Virus record (IMG/VR): IMGVR_UViG_3300036766_002286
Direction: 5' to 3' (one strand)
From: a virus
Lineage: Duplodnaviria; Caudoviricetes
Length of the DNA: 64,000 nucleotides
Part shown: positions 12,608 through 22,717 of the stretch, in pieces
How the letters are laid out: each line of letters begins with the position of its first letter
Numbering within the stretch: position 1 is the first letter of the stretch
Notes under the pieces: model-generated
Databases searched by the model: none
What the model was told of the DNA's origin: nothing
Seen by the model: only the letters and a program-made list of their open reading frames with translations
Program-made: the position numbers and the translations under genes

Positions 12608-14904
12608 AATAGTTCTCCTTCATTTTAAGCTCCTTTTATTTTATTGTTTTAGTAAATTTTATAGGCGTGAATTTATGTGCTTTTTCGGCCTCGGCCATTG
12701 CCGCTTCAAATGCCCACAAGTCGCACCACGCCTGATTAAGTTTTTCATCTTCATCTGGCTGTCCGCTACTTGCTTTAGCGGCTGCATTACTAGCAACTGC
12801 CCTGTCTCCGATCTTTAGTGCCTTTTCTAATAGTTCTTCAGCATTACGGAGTTCTTCAAATCCGAGCTCCATAGATTCTTTACTGGGAATATTGCGCTCC
12901 CCTAAAAGTGCTGCGCGAACGCGTTCTACCGCACGTACTATGATATTATTTTCTGGAAATATATTAGGGAAATTAAACATCTGTGTCCTTGTTAGTTTCT
13001 TCAGGTTTATTGGATATTTTTACGTTATTTAATATAAGCATGTATGTGTTGAATGCTGTCGTATGTCTGGCTACAGCTTTCTTCAATTTTTCTATATTAG
13101 CGTGATTCTGTTCAGTAGCGGCCGCAAATGTTTCAGTTGCTGCTTTTAAGACATTGATATTATGGCCTCGTGCAGCTTCCAGAGCTGCCGCTTCTGCTTT
13201 CTTTACAAGAATGCTACTCGCGTCTGTCTTTGCAAATAATATGGCGCATTCCGCATCCGCGTCCGTGTACTCTGCAAATGCTGCTTCCAATTTTACTGTG
13301 TTATCTTCCAAAATTCCTCCCTTCTTCAATATCTACAATTCTCTGATCAATCGTTTGAAATGGGCGTGCGCGGTTGGAATCCGGTACCATCCATATTACC
13401 TTTTTCGATACAGGTAGGACAACGTGTAGTTTCAAGCTCAACGATTCTAGCTGCCTGAGCCACATAGCTGTTTAAAATATCCTGTAATTGGTGACTGGCG
13501 GCTCTGATCTCGGCCGGTGTTCCATACTTATTTATAATATATTCTATTGCACTAGTTTGCCTTGAGAAGTCCATGACTATTTCTCCTGTTATTTGTTGTC
13601 TTTTTTATTATTGTCATATATTTTTTGTACTTCATATTCTACGTCTTCAGTTGCAACACCTGGATCTAATTTTCCTAGTTCTTTGAGTGCTCTAGATACT
13701 TTTGCCATTTTTCATACTCTGCTCCTTTCAATTACTACACTACTATACGGGCGGCAACTCGCTTGTCAACAGTTTTTCTATATTTTATACTAGGTATTGT
13801 TCTATATTATAGAGTCTAGTCAGTATCGTGTGCCAGCACACGCATGCAGGTTTCTTTTGGAATATCTATAGTCATCTCAAATCTTTTACGGTCCGCACGT
13901 GCCACATCTTCTTTTTCTTGGGCGTCTGGCCGGCCCACTGCGTTTTCCGCAGCAATTTTACTGGAAATTGCTGTGTGTAGTAATTGTTCTGTAGTATTGA
14001 ATGCTTGCATTCTCATTCTCCAAATTCATCGCATTATTTAAGATATTTTGTTAATTGACCTACGTGCTTGTAAAGTATTATAAATCTTGTCACATATTTT
14101 GACCGCAGCAAAATATGTGCCCTCGGCTTCTATAATGCCCTCGTACGCAATATCATCATGTCCTCTAGCGCCCACAAGAACACTTCTTAAACTTCTGGTC
14201 ATTTCAGATTCCACTCCATTTCTGACTGTTGTATCTAGCATATTGCTAGTGTATACGTCCTGCCAAGCCAAGTTTCGCGCACCGTTTGTTACGCAATATT
14301 TTTCTCGTGCTCCCACGAGCGTCAAATAGGTTTTCTCAAGGGCAATGTTGGCTAGTAACAATTCTTGTTCTAGTGATGTAATTGTATTATCGTCCACGAT
14401 TCCCTCGTATTTGTTCCGCCGTTTTCATCATCCCTAAAAACTGCTCTAGAGCCACCCAGCTATCAGTATGCTTAATGTAGGCGTCTCTAAGCAACTCAAT
14501 ATCATTTCCTAACTGTAGCCAGATTAAAATCATATTATCATGCCTGGCGTCTAGCTCTGTTCTGTCTAGATTGGCCCTATCTTTCGCTTGTCTAATTTTC
14601 TGGGCCGCTTGCACTGTCTGCCAAGACTCAGCAACCTGCCCAACTGCTGCTTCAATTGCTTCACCACTTGCAACATATTCTGCTTTTGTTTTTTCATCAC
14701 TAGCTACCTTCCATGAGTCGTCCATAATTATCATCCTCCCTTGCTTTTCGTAATGTATCTTTTTTAATAACGTATACCTCTGCTTTTTCTCGTGTTTTAA
14801 ATGCTTTTAAGGATCGTGTATATGCACCAATTTGTGGATCAAACTTATAGATTTCCCACGGGTCATAGCTATCTGAATTATACACAATAACTAATTTATT
14901 ATAG

Positions 14905-15057
14905 TTACTCATGTCGGTCCGGGGCCAGCTCTCTTAACATTTGTTTAGCTTCGGGCGACAAACCACGTCCTTCTGCTGATCCTACTGTTCGTGTTGGTTT
15001 GCTAAGTTTTCTAGCTCGCAATAAAGCTTTACCGGACAAAGTTCTCATTTTGTCCAT
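14905..15057 (-). CDS. small basic protein (50 aa), absent from the ORF track
   Basis: MDKMRTLSGKALLRARKL...SAEGRGLSPE; paralog of 15338..15496; AGGAG RBS. Confidence 0.65.
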   Translation of the reverse strand: MDKMRTLSGKALLRARKLSKPTRTVGSAEGRGLSPEAKQMLRELAPDRHE

Positions 15058-15337
15058 CAGCTCCTATTCTCGGATTCTCTTTTAATAATAAAACCCGCAA
15101 ATGCCTCCCAGGCATCGCTATATTTTGCACACGCTTCTTCAAACACCACAATCTGGCACTTCAAATGCTCCAAAACCAAGGCCGCATAAGCAAGCGTGGC
15201 TGCAGCACTAACTTTCACAACAATGTTAGGTGTCATTGCCTCATAAAACATATTCCAGTTATTCGTTAAAGTCAAGTAAGCAATTTCAAGTGCTGCACCA
15301 TTTGCAGCGCAGTCTGTTTTTAGTTCTGCTTCAGTTT

Positions 15338-15496
15338 TCATTGGCTAACTCCACGCATCGGTTTGCCTAGTTTCTTTATAAGCCGCCTAGTTTCAGCAGG
15401 TAACCCGCGCCCTTCGGCAGATGGTACTCTGTAGTGGGGTTCTTTCTCTAGTCTCTTACGTGCTCGCAGTAGAGCTTTACCAGTCAAAGCTTTCAT
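15338..15496 (-). CDS. small basic protein (52 aa), absent from the ORF track
   Basis: MKALTGKALLRARKRL...SAEGRGLPAE; stop overlaps the next ATG. Confidence 0.65.
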   Translation of the reverse strand: MKALTGKALLRARKRLEKEPHYRVPSAEGRGLPAETRRLIKKLGKPMRGVSQ

Positions 15497-16001
15497 ACTA
15501 AAGTTCTTCTCCTGCTACACCAGCGCTATAAGCTTTCTCTTTTAATTCTTTGACATATGTCTCAATATCGTCATAGGCATTATATACATAGTCCTGTGAG
15601 CTGCCTATCTGAAAATCAAGGTCATCATCCTGAAAATCATGGTCATCATCGTCATCATCATGCTCCTCACTTAGACCGACTCGCTGGTCTCCATATTCTT
15701 CTACTAACTCAAATAAATTCTTGTCCATAAGGGTCTCCTAGTTATTTAATTCCCCAAGACACTGCTCTATATTAGAATACGTTAAATCTATAGCATTCTG
15801 CAACCTCTTTTCGTCCAACCCGTCCAACCCTATTGAACTTGACATTGCAAGACTTTTACAGCGTTCTCCATATTCTCGCACCAATTCCAGCAGTTTTTCC
15901 TGAGTTATCTTTTCTTTACTATCTGCCATATTTAGTCTCCTAGTTTTGTATAAACACCCACACAAACCTTAAAATAACGCTGCCTGCTCTAGTTTTAATT
16001 T

Positions 16002-16253
16002 CTACTTTTTGCTTTCGGCTTTTATCTTAGCGTCTTTTATCTTGCCTTTAGCTTTACCTACTAATGCCTGCGCTCTATCTCTGGCAGTTTGTGTTTCTAT
16101 AACAACCAATTTGGCTGCTGCATATTCAGGGGTTATGGTGGCCTCTAGTGCTGTTCTTGCCGCACGTACAGCTTCTGATGCTTTAACCAAATCTGCTTCA
16201 AATTGCACCAAGTCTTCTTCACTATATTCTACTACATTTGCTGCATCACTCAT
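16002..16253 (-). CDS. coiled-coil hypothetical protein; source of the N-terminus of 16907..17731
   Basis: MSDAANVVEYSEE...IETQTARDR; own promoter TTGCTC-N16-CATAGT at 16300-16327. Confidence 0.7.
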   Translation of the reverse strand: MSDAANVVEYSEEDLVQFEADLVKASEAVRAARTALEATITPEYAAAKLVVIETQTARDRAQALVGKAKGKIKDAKIKAESKK

Positions 16254-16380
16254 TATCTTCCCCTCCCGGGTCTATAGTATGGCTTATGCCATATGTATTA
16301 CTATGTCGGCGTTTTTGCTCCGAGCAAGTATTTATATCTCAGTTACATGGATGAAAGTCTTAGAATATTCGAGCCAGCGC

Positions 16381-16764
16381 TTATCTTTTTTTGTCTTTCA
16401 GATACTTAATAATAAGATAGCGGTCAGCATTCTCATAGACGCTAATCTGATTATAAGGCGCTTCGTCCCAAACCCGCAGTTCGCTCGCACCGTCTCTGGA
16501 GATTCCTACTTCAATGTGTGAAAATTGTTTTTTGGGACGTTTCCATGCTAAGTCTATCTTACCACTACCAACCTGATTTGTAGGCCAAATATTATAAAAG
16601 TCAGGAAATTCAAGCTTTTCATGTGCTACCGCCTCAATTAAAGCAACCGCAGATACCACAGCTGCTTCAGTAACCATCCTACCATCGTCGGTCAACCAAC
16701 CCGTCTCGCTTTTAGATAATTTTATTAATTCGCCCGACTCACATTTTAAAGTAACCTCATTCAT
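16381..16764 (-). CDS. divergent member of the PxIYP...LxW domain family
   Basis: IWPT...GKIDLAW...IEVGISRDGASELRVW; promoter at 16810-16837. Confidence 0.55.
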   Translation of the reverse strand: MNEVTLKCESGELIKLSKSETGWLTDDGRMVTEAAVVSAVALIEAVAHEKLEFPDFYNIWPTNQVGSGKIDLAWKRPKKQFSHIEVGISRDGASELRVWDEAPYNQISVYENADRYLIIKYLKDKKR

Positions 16765-16906
16765 TATCTAACCCCCAAGGTTCATAGCCAGATTTCTCTC
16801 GTATAGGTTATTATGCGGGTATTTTTGCTCTGGGCAAGTATTTATGCACTAAAGTATGTTTTACCATGATAACGTGAAACACTAATAGCAATCGTTTTTG
16901 TCACCT

Positions 16907-17731
16907 TTATTCCATTGATGTACCAGGCTCCGTCGGTGCAGTTTGTGCCTCCTGCCTAGCCAAAAATCTACTTCCTATAATCCAATAACCAATCAAAGCC
17001 AATACAGCTAATATAATAACGATCGGAACTGTCGGAAATGATGAACCAGATCCCGCGCCACTTGCTTCACTAATAACAAAAAGGTCAAATGCCTCCTGTC
17101 CAGTGCCAGATAACGAAACCGTATCATCATCAACTTGAGTGAACGCTGGACTTGCTTCAACAATTTTACCTGGGAATGAGATCTCAAAATTCATTGACCC
17201 ACCAGTCACCTCCGAGGCAGAACCAGACGGGGCGTCTTGCTTGATCGAAAATTTAATACGACCGTCGGCCAAGACTTCTGCTTTCCCAAGGCCGTTCTCC
17301 AGATCTGTCAGTGGCATATCAACAAAAGTAAAAGTTTCCTCATAGCCGGTATCTGTTTCTTTTGTGGAAATGGAACTCCCGGCAGGCAGGGGCGAATCAC
17401 CGCTTTGCTCCACCATATCTTCAAACATTTGAGCATTCGTGATCCCAAAAGCTGAGGCTGCCTCTTTAGTAATTTCGAGCTTAAAAGTTCCGGATGCCAA
17501 GGCTTTGGAGTCGAGAGCTATTTTCATATCAATCTTAATACAACCAGACAATAAAAGAACAGCACTTCCCGCAAGAAGTGCTAGCCTAACAAGCCTTATT
17601 TTACCCGTCATTTTACGGATCAGTAGTTGCATTCTGTTTCGGGCAGTCTGTGTTTCTATGGTAACAATGTTAACACCAGACTGTACTACGTTTTCTTCGC
17701 TATACTCTGCCACTGTTGTTGCATCACTCAT
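16907..17731 (-). CDS. LppM/DUF3153-like lipoprotein with an element-derived N-terminal extension
   Basis: Lipobox LLLSGC followed by IKIDM; FPGKIVE motif; C-terminal TM helix. Confidence 0.65.
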   Translation of the reverse strand: MSDATTVAEYSEENVVQSGVNIVTIETQTARNRMQLLIRKMTGKIRLVRLALLAGSAVLLLSGCIKIDMKIALDSKALASGTFKLEITKEAASAFGITNAQMFEDMVEQSGDSPLPAGSSISTKETDTGYEETFTFVDMPLTDLENGLGKAEVLADGRIKFSIKQDAPSGSASEVTGGSMNFEISFPGKIVEASPAFTQVDDDTVSLSGTGQEAFDLFVISEASGAGSGSSFPTVPIVIILAVLALIGYWIIGSRFLARQEAQTAPTEPGTSME

Positions 17732-17920
17732 TATACTACCCTCCTAGGGTTTTTATAGTCCGGACTTTGCTTTGACTACTATGTCGATGTTTTAATTATG
17801 GGCAAGTATTTGTGTACTAAAGTATGTTTTGCAGTCATTTGGGGAATAAATATCCCAGCCTAATAGTTGTAATATAGTAATACTCCCAGACAGTATACTA
17901 GACCTATTTAGGAGATTATT

Positions 17921-18250
17921 ATGTCAGACAACATTATTGAGGCTACTTCTACTACGTTTGATGAACTTATTACGTCCTCTAAACTCCCAGTTATAATAGA
18001 TCTCTGGGCTCCCTGGTGCGGCCCTTGTTTGACTTTTGCCCCCATTTTAGCACAAGTCGCAATCAAATATAAAGATAAGTTAATTGTAGCAAAACTTAAT
18101 GTAGACGAAAACAGCGATATTTCAAATCGCTATGATGTTAAAGGAATACCCACTCTTTTGGTATTCAAAAATGCAAAATTACAAACCCGGCTTGTAGGTG
18201 CCAGATCAAAAATACAGCTTGAAGCAGATCTTAAAGAGTTTATCTCTTAA
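17921..18250 (+). CDS. trxA: thioredoxin
   Basis: WAPWCGPC active site, KLNVDEN, GIPTL. Confidence 0.96.
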   Translation: MSDNIIEATSTTFDELITSSKLPVIIDLWAPWCGPCLTFAPILAQVAIKYKDKLIVAKLNVDENSDISNRYDVKGIPTLLVFKNAKLQTRLVGARSKIQLEADLKEFIS

Positions 18251-18699
18251 TACGATTCAAACAAAGCATTCCAATTTTGATGTGCCCAGTCTTTTACGTG
18301 CGCAACAACCGTAGCTGTATCAATATTTTCAATAATTTCAGGCCTTCGCTCCGAGCTATTTGGGAAAAAGTCACCACCATAAAGCCATAGTTCGGCTTCA
18401 CCACTGCGAGCAATGTTTACTACAATATTTGTTTCTATCCGAACCCAATATAATTTGATTCCGCCCTCAGGCGTTGGATAGATATGAGGGCACGTGAGAT
18501 ATTCAGGGTCAACATTTTCTCGCCATAATACTATCAACATGTCCGAAGCTCTACGTATGGCGGCTTCTTCAACTTTTTCTCCACTAGGTGTCCAACCTTT
18601 CTCGAGTTTGCTAGTCGCCAACAACGAGTCCACGGCACTTCTAAAATACGCATCATTACAAATACCATCTGGCATTTTGAGTTGATACAGGTTTTCCAT
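18247..18699 (-). CDS. MENLY-family protein (PxIYPxxEGGIxLxW domain)
   Basis: GW...AIRRASD...PHIYPTPEGGIKLYW; leaderless promoter TTGCTT-N16-CACAAT-N7-ATG. Confidence 0.75.
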   Translation of the reverse strand: MENLYQLKMPDGICNDAYFRSAVDSLLATSKLEKGWTPSGEKVEEAAIRRASDMLIVLWRENVDPEYLTCPHIYPTPEGGIKLYWVRIETNIVVNIARSGEAELWLYGGDFFPNSSERRPEIIENIDTATVVAHVKDWAHQNWNALFESY

Positions 18700-18802
18700 G
18701 GTTTATATTGTGTCACCTCCCGTCTAATAAGCAACATTATAAATCCTCATAATACAGCTATAAAAGTCTTAAAGTTCCCGAGACAAGTCTCAATTTTTAT
18801 TT

Positions 18803-19212
18803 TCATATATTTCGCAGCATTTCAATAATAGTAGCCATATCAACATCTTCAGTAAAACTCCCATTACTATCCGTAAACTGATCATCGAGCCCGTCAACCC
18901 GCCAAACTCGTAAATTGGCACTACCAGTAGGACGGATCTCGACTTCAATATACTGTTTTTTAGGAAATGCCATTCTAGCTGTAAACCTCCCTCTTCGCTA
19001 GCATATATGGTTGGAGGTAAAAGTTTTCTTTGCCATAATTCTGTCATGATATCACTTGCCCGTCTAACAGTTGCTTCTGTAATTGCTTGGCCGCTGCCCC
19101 ATAACCACCCATCTTCGAGGGTAGCCAACACAGCTAGTCTGTCAGCTGAAGCTTTAAAATCACTATCATTATAAATAGCGTCCGGGAGTCCTATAGGATA
19201 CAAATTTTCCAT
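18803..19212 (-). CDS. MENLY-family protein with a frameshift near 18960 (error or pseudogene)
   Basis: Adding one base restores YIEVEIRPTGSANLRVW...DVDMATII as in the paralogs; promoter TTGACT-N16-TACAAT-N7-ATG. Confidence 0.7.
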
Positions 19213-19297
19213 GATTTATATTGTACCGGCCGCCTTCTTACAGTCAACAACCTTAACTTATCTATATTTGGGTAATTGGCTTTTGCTTACTTACTTT

Positions 19298-19705
19298 TTA
19301 GTATTGTATATCTAATACTTTCACGTGTCCAATAATAGTAGCCATATCGACGTCTTTCAAAGTTTCATCAGGACCACTTAAATTGCCACCATCATTTTCA
19401 TAAATAACTATATTGGCTTTACCATCGTTCTCAATTTCTATTCCAAAATCTCCTTTTACCAGATCCCAACTGATATAAGCACTGCCATCCCCACCTCTAT
19501 AAATACAAGGAGCCGGTAGTTTTTCACGAAATAATCCTATAAGTATATCTCCTGTGCGACAAACAGCCTGCTCTTCGATTCTATCACTCGTCCCAGCCCA
19601 GTTCGAACTTGATTTGGACAGCCTCATTAAAGCATCTGCGGCTTGTTTGAAGTGTTTATCATTACAAATATCATCAGGCAGTTCAAACGAATATAAATTT
19701 TCCAT
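19298..19705 (-). CDS. MENLY-family protein
   Basis: Paralog motifs; promoter TTGCCG-N16-CACAAT-N7-ATG. Confidence 0.75.
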   Translation of the reverse strand: MENLYSFELPDDICNDKHFKQAADALMRLSKSSSNWAGTSDRIEEQAVCRTGDILIGLFREKLPAPCIYRGGDGSAYISWDLVKGDFGIEIENDGKANIVIYENDGGNLSGPDETLKDVDMATIIGHVKVLDIQY

Positions 19706-19818
19706 GATTTATATTGTGCCAAATGCTTTCCTGCCGGCAACAACTTAAATCATTATATAATAGGTTTAATACTCCACCTAAATCTATCATATTTATTATA
19801 GAAACAGCCTCTATATAA

Positions 19819-20201
19819 CTAATCTCGCAGCTGTGTAATAATAGCAGCGAGATCAGTATCAATAATGGTTACAGGTTCCCCTTCAAAGTCTGTAACACTG
19901 AAACTATCTTGGGAAAACAATTGCGCACTCCCATCTGGTTCTATTTGTACATAAATATCTCGCCCCATTACGTCCCAGCTCAGCGAAACGCCGCCCCCAA
20001 AATTTCCGAATATGTATGGAGGCATAAGATTTTCCTGTAGCAACCCCACAAGCACATCACTAGCACGTCTAACAGCTGGTTCTGCAATTCCTTTATCTGC
20101 AGCCAAGTCTAAGAGACTCATCGCAGCATCACTATAAACTTCAGAATTATAAACAGCCGCCGGTAACTCAAAAGGGTATAGATTTTTATTGTCTTTTTCA
20201 T
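19819..20201 (-). CDS. MENLY-family protein, start probably frameshifted
   Basis: The frame upstream of 20121 reads KNLYPFELPAAVYN; the ATG at about 20200 is one base out of frame. Confidence 0.65.
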
Positions 20202-20223
20202 TTATTATTTTCAGACTTCTCTA

Positions 20224-20628
20224 TTAATCTTTGTTTGTTCCAAGTTTTAGATATGTAACAATATCAACAATAGTAGCGTTTTCTACATATATAGCAGCTT
20301 CCTCTCCCCAAGGTTTTTCACCCATAGCGTGCATACACGCCGCACCATTAGTGTCAATATTCACCGAAATATCTCGCCCGCCATGTTCCCACTCTAATTG
20401 TATTCCTCCTTCAGGCGTAGGATAGACAAGTGGCGGGGCAACATTTTCGCGTAGTAATTCTATTAAAATGTCTCCGGCCCGTCTAACGGCTATTTCAAAG
20501 GGTGTTTCTCCATCTTCATGCCAGCTTTCATCAATCTTGGATATTTCTATTAGGTTCGTAGCCGCTGCACGAAATTTCTTGTCCGCATAAAGGGCCTTCG
20601 GCACATCAAAAGTGAAGAGGGGTTTCAT
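20224..20628 (-). CDS. MENLY-family protein
   Basis: PPLVYPTPEGGIQLEW; promoter TTGCAC-N16-CACAAT-N7-ATG. Confidence 0.75.
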   Translation of the reverse strand: MKPLFTFDVPKALYADKKFRAAATNLIEISKIDESWHEDGETPFEIAVRRAGDILIELLRENVAPPLVYPTPEGGIQLEWEHGGRDISVNIDTNGAACMHAMGEKPWGEEAAIYVENATIVDIVTYLKLGTNKD

Positions 20629-20708
20629 ACTGTATATTGTGTCAAACAGTTCTCAATGTGCAATCAAGTATTTTTATTACTTTTAATTCAATGTAAATGT
20701 ATGTTCTC

Positions 20709-21086
20709 TTAGTTTTTCAAGACCGCAACCAGAGTTGCAATATCAATGTCTTTAGTAATCACAGCTGATTCATACATTCTAGTAGGGTTCAAGGTTCTAT
20801 CCCAGACATATAAGTTGGCACAACCATTATCTTTAAATCTCACCGCTATTTCTCCTCTTGCCACCACCCAGCTTAATACAAGCTCACCTTTTCTGTTAAT
20901 ATTAAAATATGGAGCAGGACAATTCTCAGCCACAAGACCTATAAGCATATCCCCGGCGCGGCGTATTGCCGCCTCTGAGTGCTCATTGTATTTAGCGGCC
21001 TCTAATAAACCGTTAACTGGAAAGCGGTAAGATTTATAGTTTATAACATTCTCCGGAAGTGCGAACGGGTACATGCTATTTTTCAT
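20709..21086 (-). CDS. MENLY-family protein
   Basis: MYPFALP...AIRRAGD...LSW...DIDIATLV. Confidence 0.7.
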   Translation of the reverse strand: MKNSMYPFALPENVINYKSYRFPVNGLLEAAKYNEHSEAAIRRAGDMLIGLVAENCPAPYFNINRKGELVLSWVVARGEIAVRFKDNGCANLYVWDRTLNPTRMYESAVITKDIDIATLVAVLKN

Positions 21087-21166
21087 TTCTTATACCACAC
21101 GGCGAGCATGTTTTTACAAGGGCGGAGGAAGCATGACATACTTTAGGTCGCCAATAAGGTCCTCTA

Positions 21167-22678
21167 CCGTTCCTTTTGAGTGTTGTTTAGTGACACTTTA
21201 GGAGCTCGATCTTGCGACCGAACAGTTCTTGTTTTATACAACCATTGCTGGTTGCTTTAAGATTGACGCTTCATCGGCCACAACGTTTATATCTGACATT
21301 AAAGATACTTTAGTTTTATGTAGGCCTCCGCGTCCAGTCCCCGAGCTACTCTCGGAGGTATTGCATAAACCCAACTTTGCTAGGTTTATTGCTGCGTTCA
21401 GATCTCTATCGATGATAAGCCCGCAGTTATTACATTTGAACTCTCGTTCAGAGAGAAGTAGTTTGGCTTTCACTACCTCACACCGTGAACAAGTCTTACT
21501 TGACGGATACCACTGGTCGGCTTGTATTAAAACAGATCCGTACCAGGCAGTCTTATATTTTAATTGCCGTATAAATTCCCCCCAGCCGGCATCATATATT
21601 GCTTTGCTTAAATGATGATTCTGGGCCATACCAAGAATGCCCAATGTCTCAACTACGATAACGTCACAAGTTTTGGCTAGAAATGTGGTGCTTTTGTTAA
21701 TGACATCCCGGCGGACGTTTGCGATATTGCGCTGAACTCTGGTTACTCTGCTGTTAGCTTTTTTCCAGCGTGCGGAAGGTTCCACTCCGGGAGCTGGACC
21801 TATCTTGCGGGCGGCCTTGCGTTGTGCTCGGCACAGTGACTGTTCTGATTGTTTAGTATGTTTAGGATTAGGAACGTCTAGTATAGTATTCCCATTACAG
21901 TCGGCTACCTTATATAGGGTTGTCACACCGAGGTCAACCCCAACTATTTTCACAGGGAGACGCGTCGGGGTGATCGCCGCTTCTACTTCTACCGTGAAGC
22001 TGACAAACCATTTCCCGCCCGAGCGCGAAAGAGTTGCACTCAAAATACGGGCAGTAGCTGCCTCAATTCTCCGAGCCAGCTTACGGGTACTTTCGTGAGT
22101 GCGGATCTGACCTATAACTGGAAGAAGTACATGGTGACGATCGACAGTCACCCCAATGTTCCCTGTCGTGAACCGAACACTCTCATGTTGGCCGCGTTTA
22201 TGGTACTTAGGAAACCCGACTGATTTACCTTTACGTTTTCCTGTTAAAGAATCGCGATGGTTCGATAACCCCAAAGATAATCGTTTAGTCCCATCCGAGT
22301 AGGCTTCTTTAGAGTTCTCTCTCCACCATGGAGCAACAATGTCTTTCTTTGCGTTCCAATGCTTTCTTAAATCATAATGTGAGCTTGGAAAATAGGGTGT
22401 CAGTTCATTTTCCGCCACACCGGAGGCGATCTCAGCTTTTCTTTGATCGCGAGCGGCTTTCACACAGCTGAGAAGATAATTGTAAGCATATCTGGAGGCT
22501 CCCACATGAGAATGAAATGCTCGCTCCTGAGTAGGGGATGGATCTAGTGCGAACTTGTAAGCTCGATGGATTACACTCATAAAGGTTTAACTTGTTCAAG
22601 TGCCAGCTTTGTCAGCCCAATCAGATGTAACATATACCTATTATCGTTACCAGATGTCATTAAATGACACTTGAGGCC
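21167..22678 (-). mobile_element. non-autonomous IS607-family element (tnpA internally deleted, tnpB intact)
   Basis: Right end ...GGAACGG; GG at the left end; cct(c/a)aagtgtca repeated at both ends; remnant SDWADKAG/ALEQVKPL overlapping the tnpB start. Confidence 0.65.
21234..22580 (-). CDS. tnpB: RNA-guided endonuclease TnpB (IS607 type)
   Basis: RAYKFALDP N-terminus; RuvC motifs GVDLG / VVETL / DRDLNAAINL; CxxC..CxxC zinc finger. Confidence 0.95.
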   Translation of the reverse strand: MSVIHRAYKFALDPSPTQERAFHSHVGASRYAYNYLLSCVKAARDQRKAEIASGVAENELTPYFPSSHYDLRKHWNAKKDIVAPWWRENSKEAYSDGTKRLSLGLSNHRDSLTGKRKGKSVGFPKYHKRGQHESVRFTTGNIGVTVDRHHVLLPVIGQIRTHESTRKLARRIEAATARILSATLSRSGGKWFVSFTVEVEAAITPTRLPVKIVGVDLGVTTLYKVADCNGNTILDVPNPKHTKQSEQSLCRAQRKAARKIGPAPGVEPSARWKKANSRVTRVQRNIANVRRDVINKSTTFLAKTCDVIVVETLGILGMAQNHHLSKAIYDAGWGEFIRQLKYKTAWYGSVLIQADQWYPSSKTCSRCEVVKAKLLLSEREFKCNNCGLIIDRDLNAAINLAKLGLCNTSESSSGTGRGGLHKTKVSLMSDINVVADEASILKQPAMVV

Positions 22679-22717
22679 ACTTGATCTTATACTGCTCGCA
22701 ACCCTATTTCTCTTTAT

